In this document: positions 58,433-64,000 of the stretch, piece by piece
How the letters are laid out: every line of letters begins with the position of its first letter
How positions within the stretch are numbered: the stretch's first letter is position 1
Source of the DNA: a virus
Virus record (IMG/VR): IMGVR_UViG_3300028008_000009
Coordinates: 38,439-102,438 of that record
Reading direction: 5' to 3' (one strand)
DNA length: 64,000 bases
Translations under genes and position numbers: made by a program
The notes under the pieces: generated by a model
Seen by the model: only the letters and a program-made list of their open reading frames with translations
What the model was told of the DNA's origin: nothing
The model's database searches: none

Positions 58433-59658
58433 GTTGGAGAGAACAAACAAAAGATAATCCACACTTTTGCATAATGGCATTTGATCATATGCATGTAAAC
58501 ACCAACGGCAATGTAAACTTATGTTGTGTTGCAGATTGGCAGTATCCTATTAGAGCAGATGCACATGGTACTGACTTGCAAACACTATGGACTGGTGATG
58601 CGTACAAACAAATAAGACAAGACATGCTTGATGGCAAGGCTGTTAAGCAATGTGAAGGTTGTTATAAGATAGATCGAGAAGGCGGAGGCAGTGATAGAAC
58701 TGTACACAACCGCTACAGCAAAGTTCCAGACAGTGATGAACTTAATGTTGAAACTGGTAACGCACAACATGGACCACTGTGGGTAGACTGGAGACCAGGA
58801 CGCTTTTGTAACTTTGGTTGCAGAATGTGTTTTGTTGGAGTAAGCAGTACAGTAGCAGACGAACACAAAGCAAACCCAGAACTACAAGATGTAACAGGTG
58901 AGAGCTGGTTTGATGTTAAGGACTGGATAGAAGACCCTATGTTGTTTGAAAGCGCAAAGAGTTTACTGCCAAGTCTTAAGACATTAAAGATAGCAGGTGG
59001 TGAGCCTTTCTTTATGCCAGGTGTAATAAAACTATTACGTCATTGCATAGAAGACAATCAAACACATCTGCATTTAGATATTACAACCAATGGAAGTAGA
59101 ATGCAAGGTAAAGTATTACGTTGGTTAGAAAGTTTTGCAGAAGTAGACATACAGTTTAGTATCGATGGTGTAGGCTATACAAATGATTACATACGCTACA
59201 AAGCAGACTGGAAAGCATTAGACAGTGCATACAAACAATACTTAACAATGCCTGTGCGTACACATATACTAAGCACAGTGCAGGCCTACAACGCATATGA
59301 CTTAACTAGTATTATACAGTACTGGATGGATAACGGAAGCAACAACAATTTGATATTTAACTTTGTTGATAGCCCGCACGACCTAAGCATTGATATACTT
59401 CCACTAGAAGATAGAATACAAATAAGCAAAGACATAGCAGAGCTTACAGTAAACATGGACGAGCATATGCTTGAGCAATCAAGAATAAATGCATTGCATG
59501 TTAAACTAAACAAAGCAGAACCCAACAACGTAGATGCACTAAGACAACAGTTCGCCCAACGTACGGCGGCTTATGACGCTCTAAGACACCAGGATGTAAA
59601 CCTTGTACACACTAGACTAGGGGAGTTAACAGCACAATGGCTGACGACAACGAACTAA
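58429..59658 (+). CDS. Radical SAM enzyme (N-terminal Twitch, then rSAM core)
   Basis: FCIMAF...LCC...CEGCY, then CNFGCRMC, AGGEPF, TTNG and SIDG. Confidence 0.9.
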   Translation: MSWREQTKDNPHFCIMAFDHMHVNTNGNVNLCCVADWQYPIRADAHGTDLQTLWTGDAYKQIRQDMLDGKAVKQCEGCYKIDREGGGSDRTVHNRYSKVPDSDELNVETGNAQHGPLWVDWRPGRFCNFGCRMCFVGVSSTVADEHKANPELQDVTGESWFDVKDWIEDPMLFESAKSLLPSLKTLKIAGGEPFFMPGVIKLLRHCIEDNQTHLHLDITTNGSRMQGKVLRWLESFAEVDIQFSIDGVGYTNDYIRYKADWKALDSAYKQYLTMPVRTHILSTVQAYNAYDLTSIIQYWMDNGSNNNLIFNFVDSPHDLSIDILPLEDRIQISKDIAELTVNMDEHMLEQSRINALHVKLNKAEPNNVDALRQQFAQRTAAYDALRHQDVNLVHTRLGELTAQWLTTTN

Positions 59659-61718
59659 ACAGTGAAGACCGTGATCAAGTTATGCTACACATCATTGAAC
59701 GTGACAAGGCAAAGCTACGACATGCCAACAGTCACTTGGGTGATCTAAAAGACAGGAAGCGCAACACAACTTACTGGAGTGAAGCAAAGGAAGTTAGCAA
59801 AGATAGATCATATCGCTACTGGAGTGAATACAACGGCATAGTCAAAAGCACACATGGTATCAGCATGGTAATGTGCCCAGCTTGGGGTGTTATCTTTCCT
59901 CCATACAACATTGCAAGACTATCAGCACTACTAAGACACAGTGGATACAACGTAGGCGTACATGACATCAATGTAACTGCATTTCATCACCTAAAGAAAG
60001 AATACAACGTAGACTATTGGGATAGTCAAAACTATTTCAAATGGGAACAGCCTGTGTACAGTGAAGAAGTGCATCCAATACTCAAACCTCACTTAGATCA
60101 ATACATACATGACATATTAGATGATGGACACGACTTTGTAGGCTTTAGCTTGTACTTGACTAACTTGTTCCCTACGCTATACATGATACGCACTATAAAA
60201 GAACTAGCACCAGAGAAAGTTATTATAGTAGGCGGCCCAGAAGCATTTAACGATTGGTTTGACGAACTAGTGCATGTAGAACACAAGTTTCCACGTGGAC
60301 TTATTGACTATGTAGTTAAGGGCGAAGGTGAACAAGAACTATTAACAATACTTGAGAATCATCACACTATACCCGACAGCAATGACGTTACATACTTTGG
60401 TGGACTTAAAAGTAACTTAGATCTAAACACACTGCCGTTTCCAGACTACAGCGACTACGACTTAGACTTGTACGAACATGCAGATGGTGTAAGCATTGAA
60501 ACATCACGTGGGTGCGTAGCCAAGTGTACGTTCTGTGCTGAAACACACTTTTGGAAATACAGATGGCGAGAAAGCAATCGTGTGGCAGACGAAATGGAAT
60601 ATCAAGTAAACAAGTATGGAATCAATAGGTTTTGGTTTGTGGATAGTTTAGCAAACGGAAACATACACGAGTTCCGTAACCTAGTAGATGAGATACTGGA
60701 ACGCAAACTTGATATAAGATGGAACAGCTATGCACGTTGTGACGGACGCATGGACTTGGAAATGTTTCAAAAGATAGCAGACAGTGGTTGTATTAGTCTT
60801 AGCTTTGGTGTTGAAAGTGGAAGCGAACGTGTACTAAAGGACATGAAGAAACTTATCAGCGTAAAGGAAATAGAAGACAACCTACGTGATGCTAGTGCAG
60901 TTGGATTAGCTAGTCATGTTAATTGGGTAGTAGGCTTTCCTACAGAAACACCTGCAGACTGGTTACACAGTTTAATTGTACTACACAACACACGCAAATG
61001 GATATATGCTATCAGTCCAGGTATGACATGTGGCGATGCAGCATTCTCAGACATCAATGTTAACTGGAGCAAATACGATCTACAGTGGATAGAAAAGCCT
61101 TGGGATAATGTGTTTATGAGCAACTGGTGGACCAAAGACTATGCTAATACTATTATACATCGTGGCATACGACTAAAGTTTATGAACATATGGTTACGCA
61201 TACTACAAGACGAAGCAGGTGCTACACTTGTTAACGGACAGAACCGCAAGAACATAACAGACTTCTACAACTTCTCACACAGCTCTACGAGCATACCAGA
61301 AGGACTATCACAGCGTTGGAATGCCAACATGGATAGGTTTGGAACTGGGTTCAGCAACAGCATAGCAAATGAATACTTGCCAATGGCTGTAGCATTACAC
61401 AATGTATTTGGTGATTACGAGTTTGATATGACCACAGACCCTGAACGTGACATAGCAGAGTTTGGTGGATTTATAGCAACACACTACAGCGCAAAGCTAA
61501 AATTGTGTGTAGTTGACAGCGTATTAACATTTAAACTGGAACACAGCTTCAAACATGCTACCAGTAGAGGTGATGAAAACGTAGCTAACCATGAGATACC
61601 CAGAGAAGATATGAGCTTTGATACTGTTGTATATGAGTTTGAAACCGATATGAATGAGTTCGATGGTGAGCTGTTACACTCAGTCGCTCATGATGTCATT
61701 CCAAGTATCACTAATTAA
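59637..61718 (+). CDS. Cobalamin-binding radical SAM enzyme (class B methyltransferase-like)
   Basis: B12 domain (PPYNIA, VGFS, IIVGGP, GEGE), LPFPDY, ETSRGCVAKCTFC, FGVESGS and VGFPTET. Confidence 0.9.
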   Translation: MADDNELNSEDRDQVMLHIIERDKAKLRHANSHLGDLKDRKRNTTYWSEAKEVSKDRSYRYWSEYNGIVKSTHGISMVMCPAWGVIFPPYNIARLSALLRHSGYNVGVHDINVTAFHHLKKEYNVDYWDSQNYFKWEQPVYSEEVHPILKPHLDQYIHDILDDGHDFVGFSLYLTNLFPTLYMIRTIKELAPEKVIIVGGPEAFNDWFDELVHVEHKFPRGLIDYVVKGEGEQELLTILENHHTIPDSNDVTYFGGLKSNLDLNTLPFPDYSDYDLDLYEHADGVSIETSRGCVAKCTFCAETHFWKYRWRESNRVADEMEYQVNKYGINRFWFVDSLANGNIHEFRNLVDEILERKLDIRWNSYARCDGRMDLEMFQKIADSGCISLSFGVESGSERVLKDMKKLISVKEIEDNLRDASAVGLASHVNWVVGFPTETPADWLHSLIVLHNTRKWIYAISPGMTCGDAAFSDINVNWSKYDLQWIEKPWDNVFMSNWWTKDYANTIIHRGIRLKFMNIWLRILQDEAGATLVNGQNRKNITDFYNFSHSSTSIPEGLSQRWNANMDRFGTGFSNSIANEYLPMAVALHNVFGDYEFDMTTDPERDIAEFGGFIATHYSAKLKLCVVDSVLTFKLEHSFKHATSRGDENVANHEIPREDMSFDTVVYEFETDMNEFDGELLHSVAHDVIPSITN

Positions 61719-62828
61719 CTGTGGACTTGGTGGCGTGTTTGGTGTAGGATAATTGTAGTCACTGTTTATAAAGTTGTGTAAATCTCGTATACTATCCTTG
61801 CTTGTATCTAAATAGCTATCACCAACAGCAGTATGTACAGCCGACTCTAGTCCTTCAATTGGACGCAGTACTCCTTGATATATAGGCCTCAGTGGCGGAT
61901 GCATACTAACCATACATGTATCTTTAAACACTAGACTCCACAATTGATGTTGTAGATTACTGCCACTGTCTAGTAAACTAGCCAACAACCCAGGATGATT
62001 CTCCCATGCATCAATTAATTTGTTGCATATATTACCATAGTGTTCTATTTCATTGGGGCTACTATAAAAATTATAGTCAGCAATATAAGGACGACCATTT
62101 GCTATACTAGTATTAGTACAGTGTATACCCGGCATATTCCTTACACTGTGTTTGAGATTGTGCCACACATTGTCGGGATACCAACCAAATGCATCAGGTC
62201 TTGTACACCATATAACATCAGGTTTCCAGTCTGGGTTCTGTGATATTAATTCTTTATAGCTGTTGTATGCTTCGCCCATGCTCCATATTTGTCCTAGAAC
62301 ATAATGAAACTTGAGTAATTCTAATTTAACACTGTTAAGGAATGCATCAGCTCCACTGGTCTTGTCCATGTTGTTATCATCTAATATAACATTATCAATC
62401 ATATCATTTGCCATTGCACGTGCTATACCATCACCACCTAGTGGAAACATTAAATGTCTATGCTGTGTATGTGCCCAGTGATCGCCCAATCCAGTATACT
62501 TGTGTATTGCAATGTTATACAGTTGATGACAACATTCCATTAGCTCTCTGGTTCTCACTTGTCTTACATGTTTTGGTCCCCAACTACTTAAATAATGGTC
62601 TATGGGTTGAGGTAATCTACTTTGTGTTGTTTCACGTGGATACACAACTTCATCTTGTATAGTACTCATAGTACTGCTAACAGTGTTGGGTACACCAGCA
62701 CATATACGAAAGCCTACATCCCAAAATCTATCTTGTACAGTCCGCTTGTATAACAACCCGCCAAGTTCTGCATGACCTAATTGTCCTCTTAGTAATATTG
62801 CTACTTGTGTTTTATGGTCTTTGTTCAT
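61680..62828 (-). CDS. Hypothetical protein, weakly glycosyltransferase-like
   Basis: VAILLRGQ and PDVIWCTRPD resemble a viral 'IAxxxSGQxR...YDxxxRxRPD' family. Late promoter TATAAATA at 62841-62834. Confidence 0.55.
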   Translation of the reverse strand: MNKDHKTQVAILLRGQLGHAELGGLLYKRTVQDRFWDVGFRICAGVPNTVSSTMSTIQDEVVYPRETTQSRLPQPIDHYLSSWGPKHVRQVRTRELMECCHQLYNIAIHKYTGLGDHWAHTQHRHLMFPLGGDGIARAMANDMIDNVILDDNNMDKTSGADAFLNSVKLELLKFHYVLGQIWSMGEAYNSYKELISQNPDWKPDVIWCTRPDAFGWYPDNVWHNLKHSVRNMPGIHCTNTSIANGRPYIADYNFYSSPNEIEHYGNICNKLIDAWENHPGLLASLLDSGSNLQHQLWSLVFKDTCMVSMHPPLRPIYQGVLRPIEGLESAVHTAVGDSYLDTSKDSIRDLHNFINSDYNYPTPNTPPSPQLISDTWNDIMSD

Positions 62829-63014
62829 GCTAGTATTTATATAGTATGTTAATGTGGAATTTCAAGTTTGGCGAGCTTAGACTACAACACCCAAATGCAA
62901 CTGCGCCGTCAGGCGCTTTACGCCAATTTTTTTAAAGGCTTTATCTATAGTTTTAATCAAGGGTATCTATAGTACGCCAAAGGTTAAAAATAGTTGTTGT
63001 AAATTTTTTTTGGG

Positions 63015-63506
63015 CTATAACCGTGAAGGTCTCGGCAAAGTTTCTAGTGTAGTTGAATCTATAGTGTACTCTTCTCCGGGCGCATAAGCACCACCATCTA
63101 CAGGTATAGTACACCAATCATTCCATGATATAATACCCTTTACTTGCTGATACAGGGTAGTATGATAATAGTTGTGCGTGTTGTATAAACCTTCTAATGG
63201 ACACTCTCTCCAATCAAAAGTCTTGTGTAGTTCTAAACATTCTAGTGGAGTTAAGTCTGTGTATGGAGTGTAAGTCTCTGTAGGTAATTCAAATTGAAAG
63301 TTATCACATACTAGGTTATATTCATCTGGAGCAGGATTCATAAAGTCGTGACTTGCGTATACTATTCGATGTGGATAATCTATCTTATTCAACCTACTAG
63401 CACGTACTATACTTAGATAGTTATAGTATGGATCTGTCCAGTGTAACTTATTCCCGTGAATTAAGTTATGTGTACATCCATGTCCGTGTATATAGTAAGT
63501 GATCAT
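63015..63506 (-). CDS. Hypothetical protein
   Basis: 163-aa H/Y-rich ORF with late promoter TATAAATA at 63519-63512. Confidence 0.55.
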   Translation of the reverse strand: MITYYIHGHGCTHNLIHGNKLHWTDPYYNYLSIVRASRLNKIDYPHRIVYASHDFMNPAPDEYNLVCDNFQFELPTETYTPYTDLTPLECLELHKTFDWRECPLEGLYNTHNYYHTTLYQQVKGIISWNDWCTIPVDGGAYAPGEEYTIDSTTLETLPRPSRL

Positions 63507-63519
63507 AACAGTATTTATA

Positions 63520-63800
63520 TAGCTACAGTGCGTATACCGTAGCCAGACGACAATAGTAGTAAAGGTCTATATAGTAGTAAGCCGAAACTATATAGTAAGA
63601 ACTACTGTAATACAAGGTCTATGCTAGTGCCTATCCCTTGCGTACACAGTGCAAGCACAGTATACGATACTCTATATAGTAAGGTTAGCTATAGTAATGG
63701 GAAAGGTTTATATAGTGCAAAAAAGGTTTTAGGCTGCAATGGTTAAAAAATAGAGCGCAAACAAGCGCCCCTATATTTTTTTACAACCTTTTTCACTCTC
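63520..63800. repeat. Non-coding array of short palindromes (CTATATAG/CTATAG, AAGGT, ACAGT)
   Basis: CTATATAG at 63567, 63588 and 63672, CTATAG at 63689, TTATATAG at 63708, AAGGTCTAT twice, and an imperfect hairpin at 63741-63788. Confidence 0.6.
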
Positions 63801-63881
63801 ATCTACAGTCCCCCCGGTTATTTTGATCGAAGATTCTTTTGACCGAAATGATTATTAATTCTTTTTAATAATTAATAAAGG

Positions 63882-63910
63882 TTGACATCACCATTCATAC
63901 TGTGTATAAT
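63882..63910 (+). promoter_or_regulatory. Consensus sigma70 (early) promoter pointing out of the window
   Basis: TTGACA, 17-nt spacer, TATAAT with an extended -10 TG and an AT-rich UP element. Confidence 0.85.
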
Positions 63911-64000
63911 AGTGTGCCTTGCGAACAGTCGTGGGTATACACTATGCATAGCACAGTGTATCTACAGTATAGGCTACAGTGTTATACTATATAGCTGCTG

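Noticed and set aside
48221-61718. Radical SAM cluster as a RiPP pathway or 7-deazaguanine DNA modification
   Set aside because: No short precursor peptide, peptidase or exporter, and no FolE/QueD/QueC/DpdA motifs, in this window. Not excluded if the partners lie elsewhere in the genome.
56789-61718. Apparent rise in C-ending codons toward the end of the operon
   Set aside because: This is a visual impression only. It cannot be quantified here and may reflect local skew rather than foreign origin.
63520-63720. CRISPR array
   Set aside because: The repeats are only 6-9 bp with irregular spacing, and there are no cas genes.

Overview
This AT-rich window comes from a large T4-like (myovirus-type) jumbo phage whose gene order resembles the Rak2/GAP32 group. 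From left to right it holds: (1) a minus-strand head module (PKD-repeat virion protein running off the window start, capsid gp23, scaffold gp22, protease gp21, acidic core protein, portal gp20) interrupted by a self-contained porin cassette; (2) two tandem tape-measure-like genes and a divergent gp26/gp51-like pair with a probable -1 frameshift; (3) a sigma70-driven operon (gp55 late sigma, gp47/gp46, Holliday junction resolvase) ending in a ~290-nt highly structured non-coding element; (4) a plus-strand baseplate/tail module that includes a 3740-aa protein; (5) a 13.5-kb translationally coupled operon of glycosyltransferase-like genes, a methyltransferase, an SGNH-like protein and five radical SAM enzymes, one circularly permuted and one B12-dependent; (6) a palindrome-rich non-coding end with a consensus sigma70 promoter. 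The best candidates for undescribed systems are the structured ncRNA, the radical SAM/glycosyltransferase operon and the porin cassette. I saw no tRNA, rRNA, CRISPR array, intein or transposase. All family calls rest on motif recognition by eye, with no database searches.
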